Source: a virus
Direction: 5' to 3' (one strand)
IMG/VR virus record: IMGVR_UViG_3300029915_000731
Span: 36,341-100,340 of that record
DNA: 64,000 nt
The notes beneath the pieces are model-generated. The model worked only from the letters and a program-made list of their open reading frames with translations. It was not told where the DNA came from and did not search any database. Positions 30,059 to 41,756 of the stretch are shown here, piece after piece. The position numbers were made by a program, and so were the translations under genes. The stretch's first letter is position 1. Each line of letters opens with the position of its first letter.

Positions 30059-33000
30059 ATGTCACTGACTCTTCAATCCAATTTCACAACGCAACCCAAT
30101 CTAGTGCTCCCGCTTGCTCAAAACACAAGCGGCCTCGCTGTTCGTCTGGTTTCACAGGGGTCGGGCACCATGGGCACTCTGACAGCGACAGGGGCACAGG
30201 GGACTCCTACCTTTACCCTGAATAACGCCCCATCTTTTGTCACTCTTGGCGTTGATCCGACCAACACAGTTGCCACGCTACAGTTCGTTGGGGCTACTTA
30301 CCAGCCCGACCCTTATGGCTTCTACGTGTCCTGCACGGATGGAAATTCGACTGTAAATTTCCCTATATTCTTGGAAATTCGCCAGCCTTTCTCATTGTTG
30401 GCAAGCACCCCCAGTCTTGCTTCTGGTGCCACCCCAGTCATCACCAGCCAGAGCCCCCTCACCCTTAACATCCCGTCGTACGACAGCACGGTGGCAGATG
30501 TTGAAATTCAAGGGATTGGTCTCTATAACGCTGTACAGAGTAACGTCAGCTTCATCCTCCCTTCTTCACTCCCGGAGGGGATGAGCTTTGTCACCTCAGA
30601 CAGGACTAAACTAGTCCTCCGAGTCGCTCCCGCGACCTATTCGGATATGTCAGGTGGCCTAAAAACCTTTGAAAACGCCCCAACTGCTCAGTCAGTTACT
30701 ATTTACGCCTATCAACCGAATTCGTTTTATGATAGCCCATCGAACCTATTTGTTTTGAACCTCTCGGTAGGCTCTCAGTCGGCTAAGGTGGGGACTCTTG
30801 ATATTGGTGTCGGGGCTTATTACGATACGGTTAGTGAACTTCTCCACGCTGACGCACAAGTTGATGTGTTGATGGGGGCTCTAAAATCAAGCGGTGCGGT
30901 CATCGACCCCTCCACATTCACATATACATGGACAGCTTCAGGCACGGCGGTTGTCACCCCCAATGGGGGAACAACCAGTCGCTCTGCAACTTATCAGATT
31001 CTTTCCCCGGGCAGCTTGACCCTCGCTCTCACTGTGTCTGCGAACGGTGTGACTATCGCAAATGGTTCCCAGACGGTAACTTTCAATCAGGTTGCCCAGA
31101 GCGGCGGCGCTTCTTGGCTTGCGACCAACGCTATCAAGGTTGGGGTTAGTGGAGACCGAGTTCAAGGGTACAGCGGGGACACAGTGAGCTTTGTGGTGTC
31201 CTCCCCTGAGTTTAATACAGGAGAGACCCTGACTTTCACCACAACCGTTAGCGCAGAGATGGGAGGAGCCTCCGTAGGTGGAGCGTTGGTTCCCCCTGCG
31301 GTTTTGAGTTCCAACACGTTTACCTTGAATGCCACTACAGTGTCTCAGGCGGTGAATGTTCAGATACCTTCGGTGGCACCTATTGGATGCAAGTGGGTGG
31401 TTGGCCTTACAGCCTCCAACGGTGCAACCCGCAGGGGCTACGCTCAGGTGCTCATCGAGTGCTCAGGCGCAGCGCCCCTAGCGGTCACGGTTCCGGTTGC
31501 CCTTAGTTCCAGCACAGGCACCGCCATTACCCCGATTCAATTGACCGCCACAAATGGAGACCCGCTTTCACCAAGTTATGGTCTGGCAGTGCCTTCAGCC
31601 ACTTTCGAGTTGCAGGGAGCCCCAGACGGGTTCTACATTAACAGCCAAAACCAACTGGTCGGAAACGCGACTACACCCGGAACCTACACATTTATTGTCA
31701 CTGCTAACGCAACCGGCTATGCGAGAGGCTACAGCAATACGATAACCGTCACGGTTAGCCGAGGTTTGGCTCCTCTGACGATTACTGGCTTTGTTCCTTC
31801 GGTAACCTCGATTCAGAACAACACCTCATTTAATTTAACTTGGGGCACCTCGGGTAACGCTACCGACTTGTACCTCCTCCAGACCCCGGCTCCAACCCCA
31901 ATTCGAGATGTCACAGGGGCAACCTCCACCAGCGTGCAGCAGGTGGGCTCTGACGTGTATTGCCTCTATGGGGATAGCTACTACGGGACAGCCTACTCTG
32001 TCCCCGTAGTGGTACTCTCCAGCTCGATTGGGACGGCGCAGGCTCTACTCCCCTCTCCGACGATTGCGCTCATTGACGATAGCAATCAGTTGACGGTGAA
32101 CTGGCAACCCTACGCGGTGAGCGGTGACTACACCGTTTACAAGGGATGGGACATAACAATAAATCAATTGGCTGTTGGAGCAGTAGCCAGCCAAAGTGAG
32201 ACTCTCCTCACTGATGGATTGAGTCTGGGTACAGTTTCCGCTCGTGAATTCCAAGAAGCCCTCACAGTGGTGGCTGATTACACATTGGACATGCAGGCAT
32301 TGTCCAACAATTACATGCTGGCTCTTGACTCGACATCATGGGATACGCCACACCAGTTCCCAGCCGTGTTTAGCTCGGCGAACGTCATCTTTGATAACAC
32401 CACTCTTTTGCTTGGTCAGCCGATGACCATCACCCTTCAGAATAGTTATTCGGGGGCGGATGCAGATTCATGGCAGGTGGTATACCCAGATAACACTTCC
32501 ACTGGGTGGCTCCCGCTGAGCACAACAGCAACGGTAAAGATTTTCAATACACCGGGAACATTCGATGTCATCATTCAAACCCAGAAGGATTATGGAACGA
32601 ATAACCCACCCGTCAAACTGCGTCGGCAATTGACGCAGCAAGTTCTGGTGATGAACCAACAGTACAACTCGCAATCTTCGATTGATGATGATTTGACCGG
32701 AACCCTGGGCGTTGCGGGTACCCAAGGATTCGAGATTATCAACGTCACTGGAGGGGCGACGACCCAGCCTTACGAAGTTGTAGTGAGAGCGATTGCTCGT
32801 GACACTATTACTAATGAATTGAAGCTAATGGTGGCCACCAGCCGCTACTCCAACGCCAGCTCCCTTTTGGGAACCATGGCTATTGATGTATTTCCAATCG
32901 GGGGTCGTCCACACGCTCCAGAGTTCATTGCTCCGGTGTTCGTTCTGGAGACTACAAACAGCACTTCATCAGTTCCGGTGGCTATCCAGAACAACGATCA

Positions 33001-36000
33001 GACTCTTCCGCTGCCGTCGAGTCCTTCAGTTATCGCAGTGGGTAAGCCGATGAGCACCGAGTTCAAAATGACCGCAGCGGGGGGAAACACCCCCTATAGC
33101 TGGTTTGCTCAGGGGCTACCACCGGGTCTTGTTATGAGCACAGACGGTACAATCTCAGGCACCCCGACATCACTTGGAACCTTCAGCACAACATTCTCCG
33201 TTATGGATAGCAGCACTCCCGCTTACATTGACGAAGCTACCTTGACGTTCGCCATTCCAACGGATTTGGTTATCACCACTACATCGGTGCCAGCAGCTCA
33301 AGTGGGTGTTCCTTACTCTACTCCAATTACCAATACCGGAGGTCTGGCTCCTTACTCTTGGAATATAGCCGCAGGACAGGTTCCAGTTGGACTTTCAATT
33401 GACACACTCCAGGGAACCCTCGGTGGGACGCCTTGCACCTATAACTCAACTACGGACTTCAAGAAAACCTACACTTTCACAGTGCAGGTCACGGACGCGA
33501 TTGGTTCATGCGCTTCTAAGACCTACAACACCACACTGAATCCGATGCCCCTTCAGTTTGGAACCCTCGACCAGCCTTCGATTGTGGCTCAGGAGGATTT
33601 TACCCTCTCAGTGCCCGTGTTTGGTGGCCAGTCCCCTTACACTTTTGTAAGCTTCGCAGACAGTGGGATTGTAGGCACAGGTCTTCAAATTGTGAACCCG
33701 TCGCAGGTCTCGGTTATCGGTAAACCAATCGTATCTTTGACGCTTAATACTAACGTTAACCAGACGGTGTACCCCGCCGCAGGGGGAACGATGACTGTGG
33801 TCATTCCTCTCTCGGCATCGGGTGGAATTCAGTCAACGGCTGGACTACCGAACGATGTTTGCTATAAGTTCTTGGTAGACCCGACAGCGGCTAACACTCT
33901 TCCGGGTGCTGTTTGCTACGGCTCCCTGCTGGTCGCATACCCCACTGCCAACGGAACCTACACCGTCACGGTGAAGGTGGTTGATATGGTCGGACACACT
34001 GCCTCGCAGACCTTGAACGTCACCGTAGTTCAACAGGGCACGGGGGAATACACGTTACAGGCATGTACCATCAACCTAAACGGAAGTGAATCCACTCCTA
34101 GCAATTGGATTGTCACCCCACTATCGGGGGGTCTCCCTGACCCTAAACTAGGGACAGTCTACGCCCCCAGTCCCGGTCAATACTATGCCATTGTGTTATT
34201 CGACAACGGAGTGGCTAAATTAAACAGTGGAACCAACCCCGCTATGACGTTCAGCATTGTGGACGGGGCGCTGCCCAACGGACTCAGCCAGACCAGTGCA
34301 AGCTCCGCTTTCAGTGCAGCAGCCGACGGGGTGATTTTGATTCAGGGTACTCCACTGACACTAGGTACCGCTCAGTTCGATGTGAATATTCAAGGAATCA
34401 CGAACAGCTCAAGCCAACTCGTCAGTGCAGGACAAAGCTTTACACAGGATGTCACCAACGCAGGTGGGGGCACCACCCCGGTGGTCGCTATTACCTCAAT
34501 AGCTGAAATGGATATTGACCTCAGCATGGTGACGGCGAACTCAATCAATGGGCTTTACTCATGGGCGCACCCGCTCACAGCGGCGGGGGGCACAGCCCCT
34601 TACACGTTCTCCATCGTGAGTGGTACAACCCTTCCGGGCTCGGCCATCATTTCCGCTAACGGGGCTCCCTCGCTGGTCTCGAACACTGGTCAGGTTTCCA
34701 ACTACATTGCTGCAATCCAAGCGACGGACGCCAATGGAACACAATCTAAAATTGTGCAGATTACGGTGAGGATTGTAGAATCGGCCACACAGCCAATTCA
34801 CATATTAAGTAGCAATCCCCCTCAGTACCTGTATGTTAACCAAGCCATCCCGGTTAACAGCTACTCGGTAACTTCAGATTTGATAGCCACATGGACTGCT
34901 ACAGGGTTGCCAACCGGAATGAGTTTGAGTACCACCATCGGTAATCAGGTGTATCTCATCGGCACCCCGACTACGGCGGGTCAGGTAGCGACAGTCACCA
35001 TCACGGCGACCTCGGTTGTTTTTGGAACCACCACATCCACATCATTCATTTTGACTACCAGACCACAAGCGGTTGCTATTCTCACCCTCGTGGGAGGTAA
35101 TTGGCAGGCGGCTACCAGCACAACGGCAACCATAGGAAGCGAGTATCGTGGGGTCAGCAACAGCGCCCTGATACAGGTTCAATACACCGGATTCCAACCC
35201 GGTGCCGCAAACCTCCCACTACTCCAGAACGACTCGTCTAAGGCATTCTTGGGCAGCCCAACTGGGGCTAATAGCAGCTTCAATGGACAACCCACCACAA
35301 GCGTTACAGGGGTCACGTTTGATGGGTTTTTTATGACCTACGACTACATTCCCAACTCACTGGATGCCAGCGGCACGTTGGACACCTTGACGTTTAATAA
35401 CGTGGCGTATCCCAACTCTCTCGTTATTAAGGAAGTTCCGTCACAACTGGTGGCCACCGCGCTGCCAACCACTCAGAACATCAGTGAGTACACGGTCGAG
35501 GCGAACTTGTCCCTGCCCGTGCAGATATCAGGAGGAGCCGCCCCTTATTCAATCAAGGTATCCTCAGTCTCTGATTCAAGATTTCAGCCGGTGGACGCTA
35601 ACGGTGATGTCGTATCGGGTACCACACCTTGCACGGGGTTGCAGATTTCGGTGTCCCAATTTACAGCCGGAAGCTCCTACTCATGTTTGGTGTCTATGAT
35701 GGTGTCCGACAGCAGCAACCAGACTGTAAGCGTGTCGGGAACGGTAACTGTCTTCATCACTCTTGAGACATCCATCACGGTAGATTTCTATGATCTGACA
35801 TGGGCAATCAGTTTGTCAGCACCAGTACAGTCAGGGAGTGTGGTTTTGAACGAGTCCATGAGCGTTCCAATTGTTGGTCACAGCCCTTATCAATTTTACG
35901 TGGACAGTGTAACGATCCCGGTCACTTGCACTGCAATTAAAGCATCACCGTCAGATAGAGTGTTAGCGTTTAACCTGACTAGTGCTTCCATAAGTGTGCC

Positions 36001-36163
36001 GGATGTCAGCTCGACACTCACATCCAATGGGACTTTCCCGGTAGCATCAACGACTTCAGTGGTGCCTAACACCTACGTCATCCCCGTTACTCTACGGGTT
36101 GTCGATAGTAAGGGAATCACATCTACATCAAACCGAACTGTAAATGTCACGATTAGTGCGTAA
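30059..36163 (+). CDS. Giant Ig-repeat (He_PIG/cadherin-like) virion protein
   Basis: 2034 aa; repeated GGxxPYxW...GLPxGL...GxISGTPT...FTVxVTD units. Confidence 0.75.
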   Translation: MSLTLQSNFTTQPNLVLPLAQNTSGLAVRLVSQGSGTMGTLTATGAQGTPTFTLNNAPSFVTLGVDPTNTVATLQFVGATYQPDPYGFYVSCTDGNSTVNFPIFLEIRQPFSLLASTPSLASGATPVITSQSPLTLNIPSYDSTVADVEIQGIGLYNAVQSNVSFILPSSLPEGMSFVTSDRTKLVLRVAPATYSDMSGGLKTFENAPTAQSVTIYAYQPNSFYDSPSNLFVLNLSVGSQSAKVGTLDIGVGAYYDTVSELLHADAQVDVLMGALKSSGAVIDPSTFTYTWTASGTAVVTPNGGTTSRSATYQILSPGSLTLALTVSANGVTIANGSQTVTFNQVAQSGGASWLATNAIKVGVSGDRVQGYSGDTVSFVVSSPEFNTGETLTFTTTVSAEMGGASVGGALVPPAVLSSNTFTLNATTVSQAVNVQIPSVAPIGCKWVVGLTASNGATRRGYAQVLIECSGAAPLAVTVPVALSSSTGTAITPIQLTATNGDPLSPSYGLAVPSATFELQGAPDGFYINSQNQLVGNATTPGTYTFIVTANATGYARGYSNTITVTVSRGLAPLTITGFVPSVTSIQNNTSFNLTWGTSGNATDLYLLQTPAPTPIRDVTGATSTSVQQVGSDVYCLYGDSYYGTAYSVPVVVLSSSIGTAQALLPSPTIALIDDSNQLTVNWQPYAVSGDYTVYKGWDITINQLAVGAVASQSETLLTDGLSLGTVSAREFQEALTVVADYTLDMQALSNNYMLALDSTSWDTPHQFPAVFSSANVIFDNTTLLLGQPMTITLQNSYSGADADSWQVVYPDNTSTGWLPLSTTATVKIFNTPGTFDVIIQTQKDYGTNNPPVKLRRQLTQQVLVMNQQYNSQSSIDDDLTGTLGVAGTQGFEIINVTGGATTQPYEVVVRAIARDTITNELKLMVATSRYSNASSLLGTMAIDVFPIGGRPHAPEFIAPVFVLETTNSTSSVPVAIQNNDQTLPLPSSPSVIAVGKPMSTEFKMTAAGGNTPYSWFAQGLPPGLVMSTDGTISGTPTSLGTFSTTFSVMDSSTPAYIDEATLTFAIPTDLVITTTSVPAAQVGVPYSTPITNTGGLAPYSWNIAAGQVPVGLSIDTLQGTLGGTPCTYNSTTDFKKTYTFTVQVTDAIGSCASKTYNTTLNPMPLQFGTLDQPSIVAQEDFTLSVPVFGGQSPYTFVSFADSGIVGTGLQIVNPSQVSVIGKPIVSLTLNTNVNQTVYPAAGGTMTVVIPLSASGGIQSTAGLPNDVCYKFLVDPTAANTLPGAVCYGSLLVAYPTANGTYTVTVKVVDMVGHTASQTLNVTVVQQGTGEYTLQACTINLNGSESTPSNWIVTPLSGGLPDPKLGTVYAPSPGQYYAIVLFDNGVAKLNSGTNPAMTFSIVDGALPNGLSQTSASSAFSAAADGVILIQGTPLTLGTAQFDVNIQGITNSSSQLVSAGQSFTQDVTNAGGGTTPVVAITSIAEMDIDLSMVTANSINGLYSWAHPLTAAGGTAPYTFSIVSGTTLPGSAIISANGAPSLVSNTGQVSNYIAAIQATDANGTQSKIVQITVRIVESATQPIHILSSNPPQYLYVNQAIPVNSYSVTSDLIATWTATGLPTGMSLSTTIGNQVYLIGTPTTAGQVATVTITATSVVFGTTTSTSFILTTRPQAVAILTLVGGNWQAATSTTATIGSEYRGVSNSALIQVQYTGFQPGAANLPLLQNDSSKAFLGSPTGANSSFNGQPTTSVTGVTFDGFFMTYDYIPNSLDASGTLDTLTFNNVAYPNSLVIKEVPSQLVATALPTTQNISEYTVEANLSLPVQISGGAAPYSIKVSSVSDSRFQPVDANGDVVSGTTPCTGLQISVSQFTAGSSYSCLVSMMVSDSSNQTVSVSGTVTVFITLETSITVDFYDLTWAISLSAPVQSGSVVLNESMSVPIVGHSPYQFYVDSVTIPVTCTAIKASPSDRVLAFNLTSASISVPDVSSTLTSNGTFPVASTTSVVPNTYVIPVTLRVVDSKGITSTSNRTVNVTISA

Positions 36164-36174
36164 TAGAGGATTGA

Positions 36175-39100
36175 ATGCCTAATATAACAACAATACAACT
36201 CGTTGGAGTGGGGGGAACGGCACCTTATAGTTTTTCAGCCCCCTCCGGTGACCCACAAACCACTTTGACTATGGGCACCTATGCTATCGTCGCCAGTTCC
36301 GGTAGCGCTGTTTTCGATACACTTCAGATTACCTCTGACACCCTTGCTCCGGGAAACTACACGGTGCGGGTTATCCTCAACGACTCTAACGGTGGCAGCG
36401 CAAGCAAACTCATTGGTGTGACAGTTAACGACCCAGCATCCTTCGTCATTTTGAACGAAAGCCAAGAGTTTGAGCCGACATCTTATCCTAGTGTGGCGAC
36501 CATACCACTTCTCTCCAATGGACAAAGTGGTACTGTGACTTGGTCTCTTCTACCCAATGTTACCTCACTTCCTAGTGCAACCATCGACTCGAATAACAAT
36601 CTGGTCTTCATCATGAGTGGGTTGGGTTCTTGGTCAGTGGGTCTCCAAGCGACAGACTCTGTCTCGAATGTGGTGTACAAGGTTATTCAGATTCAGGCAG
36701 TGTCTGCCCAAGCATATCAACTTGTGGATGGCCAGCTACAAATTAAAATAAACGCCCCGGCGACTAAAGTCGGGTTTCAAAATTTCACGGTTTCGGTGAG
36801 TGACGCAGCTCAGACAACAATTTCAACCCCGTTCACCTATAAGGTGAACACCCCCGTCAGCAGTGTGGAACTTGAGGCCGCAGTTTTCGATCACGAATGG
36901 GCAGCGGGAGACACCACCTCCTTGATTCTCCCCATTGCGGGGGACTTGTCGGGGTACTCTCTTGGAAGTGTTGCCCCAGTGACTCTATCAAACGGGTTGA
37001 CGGTGACCGTGGATGGTACTGATAGTGTGGTGAAAGTGTCAGGCCCTCCTTCTAATTTTCAGAACGTGGAGTTTCCTATATCGTTGGTTATTCTTCAAGG
37101 GGGAAACGCCGCCGCCACAGTTACGCGCACCTACACCCTTGTCTCGCACGACACGGCTACGGGTGAAACATTCACCTGTAACACCCTCCCCTATATTGTA
37201 GGGAATCAGGTGGCCTTAAACCCAGTTAAGCCCTACTTCAACTCCCCCAGTATATTCAAGGCATCGAATGTCACTGTTCGAGTAAAGAGCGGATCGTCTC
37301 TTCCCCTTGGCTTATCTCTTGATGCCAACACAGGACTCATCTATGGGACAGTGTTAGATTCAACTATCACGGCTAGTACCCTTGAGTATGTGGACAACCA
37401 AGGTACGATACAGGGGGTTGTCACCATTGCTTGGGATATCAAAAAGAACACATTCAGCCTCACCCCAAACATCACTGTTGGTCAGCTTCAGCAGGTGTAT
37501 GCCGGGACGATTACCACAAATTCTATCAGCCCCCTTACGGCTGTGACCATCTACCGGGGTCGGGTTCCGGCAGGTATGTCCGCTACCATCAACACCGTAG
37601 CCAATTCAGTGGTGTTTTCTGGGGCTCCCACTGAAGCGGGCTACTTTGATATTTGGTTTCAAGTCACAAACCAACTCGGGCAAAGCTCTTTCATTTACTC
37701 CCGGCTTATCATCGACTACATCAACCCACTAACCATTATGACTACCTCGCTCCCGTCAGCGACGAGTGGACTGCCCTACTCTGTAGTATTGAGGGGATTT
37801 GGTGGTGTGGGACAATACACTTGGTCAACCCCGACAGCATTGCCGAACTCATCGTGGTCGCTAAACTCAGCAGGTCTCCTATCTGGAACCGCCACTTCAG
37901 CAGATTCCAATTACGACTCGCAGATAGTGGTGAACCTCACCGATTCTCGTTCTGTTACGGTCTCAGCCTCTCTTGAATTAAAGGTAGATGACACCCTAAA
38001 AATTGTGACAAGTGCGCTCCCGAACATCATCCCCGGAGAAGCTTACGGTTCTGGGTGGGGTATGCAAGCACAGGGCGGAGTCGCCCCCTACACTTGGAGC
38101 ATTTCAGGCACCGCACTACCTTCAGGGATAAACTTTTCAGCGGTAACGCCTCTGTTTGGTACTGGTACGTTTTCGGGAAGAGTCAACACAACCGGAATTA
38201 ATCAGAGCGTGACCATCACTGTGAAAGACTCGGCGGGGAATCAGGTGTCACAGCCGTTCACACTACAGACTGGAGCAGCCTCGGGGATGTTGATCGACCC
38301 CTCCGGTGTCGGGATGATTGACAGAGGGGCTCCCTATCAGGGACTGCTTCGTGTCACCGGGACATTCATTGCTCCGATTACGTGGCCACAACCCGCACTT
38401 CTTCCAACTGGATTGACCCTCACTCCGACAGACAGTAGTGGGATCACTGCAACCATCTCAGGCTCATGCACGAGAGTGTTGAATGCTGTTTCGGTGCTGA
38501 TAACCGCCATTGATAGCGTGGGTAACTCAGCACAGGCCAACGCCATTCTTCAGTCGATGTCGAGTCTGGCTGTCGCTGCCACCCCACTGCCGCAGGGAAC
38601 GACCACGGCGTCTTACAACTATCAACTCACTACAGCTTCTACGGCCTACAACCCGCCGTTAGTCTGGACATTGGACTCCACTTCGCCAGCAATTCCCTAC
38701 AGCCTATCGACTAGCGGATTGCTATCGGGAAGCACCCCCTTGGCCTACAACCAGAACATTGTAGTTCGAGTTACTGATAATCTCGGGAACGTCAGCCCGG
38801 ATAATGTTGCTGATACAGCGGTGGGTACGTTGAATCTGGTTGTCCAGAATTCTACGTTGGCAATTCCATCCTTTACCTTACCCCACGCTATTGCAGGTCG
38901 GCCATATACCGCAACCCTCGTCGCCACAGGTGGGATAGGCGGGTATACTTGGAGTGTCTCAACTAACTCCCAGAATCAACCACCGTTTAACCTTACCTTG
39001 AACTCAACCACGGGAGTTCTTTCTGGTACAACGAGTATAGCGGGCTGGACGGAGCCAATCATCTTCCATGTTACCGATTCAAGCGGGGCTAATGTAGACT

Positions 39101-39531
39101 CGTTCCCAACTACTTTGACCGTGATTAGCGGTTTGGGTCTGGTAACGGGTATTGATTATACAGACGGTACCTCCTTCAACTACTTGGGGTACGTATCTGC
39201 TGGCACCGTGGATTCCATTTCTCCACGAACGAACTACTCTTTCTATGTTGTAGCGACAGGTGTGGTCACGACCTCGGTTGCCACCCTACAAGCGAACATT
39301 ACGGTGAACTCAAACTTCACAGCGACGGTCATAAGCATCACCAACGGGGTGGCGTTAATTCAACTTTCAGGTCCGTTCTCCTCGGGGATTGCAGGGGACA
39401 ACAGTTTTAGTATTTCAGTAGTGGATGGTACCGTAAGTGCAAGTAGCAGCTTTAAGTGGTATGTCTACAGTGAGTCCACCTTACGTCTCTCCACCACCAA
39501 TAGTTTTCCGCAGAGATTATTGCTTAACTAG
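36175..39531 (+). CDS. Ig-repeat (He_PIG-like) virion protein
   Basis: 1118 aa; repeated TTSLPxA...GGxxxYTWS...GLLSGT...VTDS units. Confidence 0.75.
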   Translation: MPNITTIQLVGVGGTAPYSFSAPSGDPQTTLTMGTYAIVASSGSAVFDTLQITSDTLAPGNYTVRVILNDSNGGSASKLIGVTVNDPASFVILNESQEFEPTSYPSVATIPLLSNGQSGTVTWSLLPNVTSLPSATIDSNNNLVFIMSGLGSWSVGLQATDSVSNVVYKVIQIQAVSAQAYQLVDGQLQIKINAPATKVGFQNFTVSVSDAAQTTISTPFTYKVNTPVSSVELEAAVFDHEWAAGDTTSLILPIAGDLSGYSLGSVAPVTLSNGLTVTVDGTDSVVKVSGPPSNFQNVEFPISLVILQGGNAAATVTRTYTLVSHDTATGETFTCNTLPYIVGNQVALNPVKPYFNSPSIFKASNVTVRVKSGSSLPLGLSLDANTGLIYGTVLDSTITASTLEYVDNQGTIQGVVTIAWDIKKNTFSLTPNITVGQLQQVYAGTITTNSISPLTAVTIYRGRVPAGMSATINTVANSVVFSGAPTEAGYFDIWFQVTNQLGQSSFIYSRLIIDYINPLTIMTTSLPSATSGLPYSVVLRGFGGVGQYTWSTPTALPNSSWSLNSAGLLSGTATSADSNYDSQIVVNLTDSRSVTVSASLELKVDDTLKIVTSALPNIIPGEAYGSGWGMQAQGGVAPYTWSISGTALPSGINFSAVTPLFGTGTFSGRVNTTGINQSVTITVKDSAGNQVSQPFTLQTGAASGMLIDPSGVGMIDRGAPYQGLLRVTGTFIAPITWPQPALLPTGLTLTPTDSSGITATISGSCTRVLNAVSVLITAIDSVGNSAQANAILQSMSSLAVAATPLPQGTTTASYNYQLTTASTAYNPPLVWTLDSTSPAIPYSLSTSGLLSGSTPLAYNQNIVVRVTDNLGNVSPDNVADTAVGTLNLVVQNSTLAIPSFTLPHAIAGRPYTATLVATGGIGGYTWSVSTNSQNQPPFNLTLNSTTGVLSGTTSIAGWTEPIIFHVTDSSGANVDSFPTTLTVISGLGLVTGIDYTDGTSFNYLGYVSAGTVDSISPRTNYSFYVVATGVVTTSVATLQANITVNSNFTATVISITNGVALIQLSGPFSSGIAGDNSFSISVVDGTVSASSSFKWYVYSESTLRLSTTNSFPQRLLLN

Positions 39532-39536
39532 GATTA

Positions 39537-41756
39537 ATGATGCCACTAGAAACTATCTCATACACGATTACTGGAGCCAACGGCCCGGTCACCAAGACAG
39601 TACAGGTGGACGTGGACTTGACCTCAGGCTCAGGCTCGGCACAGATTACCTATACGGGAACAAACGCCGGAACACCGGATACAGTAACGGCGACGGCGAC
39701 CATTGCAGGTAACTCGTATACATCCAATTCAGCTCAGGTTAACTGGCAACCGACTAATGGCACTGTACAAATTGGAGATGAGGTAAAATTTTACGGGTGG
39801 TCCGACTCCCCTCACAATACAGGTGAGAGCTGCTATCCACGTAAAAATGCAAATGATCCAGCGACGGCGACCTTCAGCGGTGATGGTCTAGGCAGTCTTA
39901 CCGTGATGAACCTCTCGACGGCGGCTTGCACCGCTACGGGGAGTTCCTTGGTGATTGATGACCTTGCAGCTTGGCCGGGTCTCTCGACTGGCCCTGGTTC
40001 TAGTTCTGGGGCACCTCGGTGGTGTGTGTATACAGCGGCGGGGGTGTATTCAACCTACACCAGTCCCACCCCAGGGGCAGTCTCTAGCTCCTCAATTTGG
40101 TCACAGAACGACAACTACGCATTACTCGGTTGGTTGGTAGTACCGAAAGCGGGGCAATATACCTTTAGCTGTGGTCATGCTACAGAAGCTATTTGGGGTA
40201 TCGGTGGTGGAGCCACCCGTATCTCAGGGTCTTCCTCAGGTACAATTAGGGGGCAACTCGGACAGGTTATGACAGCCGCCAATGGTTATCCCCTGCTTGA
40301 TGCAGGTTGGTATTCTGGTTGCAATGTTTCAAATTGGCTATCCGGTACTTGTACTGTCAGCTTCCCCAGCCCCGGCCTGTACCCGATTGAAGTTGACTGG
40401 GATGTTTGGTACCACAGTGGGCGCGGCCTTAACGTTTCGCTAAACACCGGAGTTATAACTCCAGTTGGTATTGTCTCAGCCCCTCCACTTAATGATGGAA
40501 CAGGTAATCTAACCATCACCCCCTCGGGCGGCAACGCAAACCTAGTATTTCAGGGAAACCAAGTTACCTTGACGGTTAATGTTTCAGGGATTGAATATTC
40601 TCAGACCCCCTACCTCCCAATATTGGAAGGGACACCCGCGTCGTTGAATATTTACAACTCCACTCAGAATACGTTTACTTTCCCGACTTTCCCGGCGTCG
40701 GCGAACTCCTTCTCGCTCACCAGCTCCGCTGGGGCACAGGAGGTATTTCAGCTCTCAGGGACTGACAATTCAAAATGGATGGGGAGGTTCGCTGTTTCCT
40801 ATAGTGACTCGGCTTTTGTGTTGGGATACAACGGGAACCCATTCGACATACCAATGCCAGCGGTCACCAACCTCACTATTCAGTGCGATGACGTGGCTTG
40901 GTTCGACGCCGCGAATGGCAGCGTGGATTTGTACACCCCCTCCTCACCGGGAATTGGGGGTGCCCTTGCTCAAGTCGAGGTGGATTGGATGCCGATTCCG
41001 AAGGTCACTTCGGTTTCAAACACCACCAACTTAACCGCAAACGGGGCAACTGTAAGTTTCGGTATCTCTTTGGATAAGGGGTTCACCCCCCAGCAACAGG
41101 GAACCTATAACACGGGTAACACTGTAGTTTCTTCGGTCTCCTTGCCGGGTTGCGTTGGAACGCCGACCCTATCTCCAACCTATGACGGAAGTGGTAATTT
41201 GACGGGGTGGACGGTGACTGCTCAACTGCCAACCTCGTCTACCCCCGTTACCTTGTCGCTTAACCTCACTGTAACTGGAAACTTGACTTATTTGAGTGGG
41301 AACACCTTTGTAACTCAGACAGTCAACTACATCAGTGGGCAGATTGCCACTATTCCTCTAGCGGGAGCCGGTCTGGTGGCACCGACGCACGTTTCCTTCA
41401 CGGTAAGCCCAGCGACTGTAGCTGAGACAGGAACGGTCACTTTGACTGCTCAGGTATTTTCCGCCAATGCTACTGCACCTAGTTGTGTGATGCAAGGTAT
41501 CGACTCGACAGGCTCCATTTTCACTATTGGAACCCCCACGGCTACCACGACAGCGGGAACCATCAATGGGCAGAGTGGATTCATTACCACATATACTTTA
41601 TCGTTCCCCGCTGTCAGTGGATTGAACGCAATCCCGGGGGATTATCTAGGCTATACGGCAACCGCAAATGGGTTAAAGGTCAGCTACACAACAACAACCC
41701 GTTATTACCGCAACAACCCGTCATTACCACAACAACCCGTTATTCCCACAAGTTAA
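39537..41756 (+). CDS. Ig-like plus PA14-like adhesin/receptor-binding candidate
   Basis: GWLVVPKAGQYTF...FPSPGLYPIEVDW pattern of PA14-type domains flanked by Ig-like segments. Confidence 0.55.
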   Translation: MMPLETISYTITGANGPVTKTVQVDVDLTSGSGSAQITYTGTNAGTPDTVTATATIAGNSYTSNSAQVNWQPTNGTVQIGDEVKFYGWSDSPHNTGESCYPRKNANDPATATFSGDGLGSLTVMNLSTAACTATGSSLVIDDLAAWPGLSTGPGSSSGAPRWCVYTAAGVYSTYTSPTPGAVSSSSIWSQNDNYALLGWLVVPKAGQYTFSCGHATEAIWGIGGGATRISGSSSGTIRGQLGQVMTAANGYPLLDAGWYSGCNVSNWLSGTCTVSFPSPGLYPIEVDWDVWYHSGRGLNVSLNTGVITPVGIVSAPPLNDGTGNLTITPSGGNANLVFQGNQVTLTVNVSGIEYSQTPYLPILEGTPASLNIYNSTQNTFTFPTFPASANSFSLTSSAGAQEVFQLSGTDNSKWMGRFAVSYSDSAFVLGYNGNPFDIPMPAVTNLTIQCDDVAWFDAANGSVDLYTPSSPGIGGALAQVEVDWMPIPKVTSVSNTTNLTANGATVSFGISLDKGFTPQQQGTYNTGNTVVSSVSLPGCVGTPTLSPTYDGSGNLTGWTVTAQLPTSSTPVTLSLNLTVTGNLTYLSGNTFVTQTVNYISGQIATIPLAGAGLVAPTHVSFTVSPATVAETGTVTLTAQVFSANATAPSCVMQGIDSTGSIFTIGTPTATTTAGTINGQSGFITTYTLSFPAVSGLNAIPGDYLGYTATANGLKVSYTTTTRYYRNNPSLPQQPVIPTS

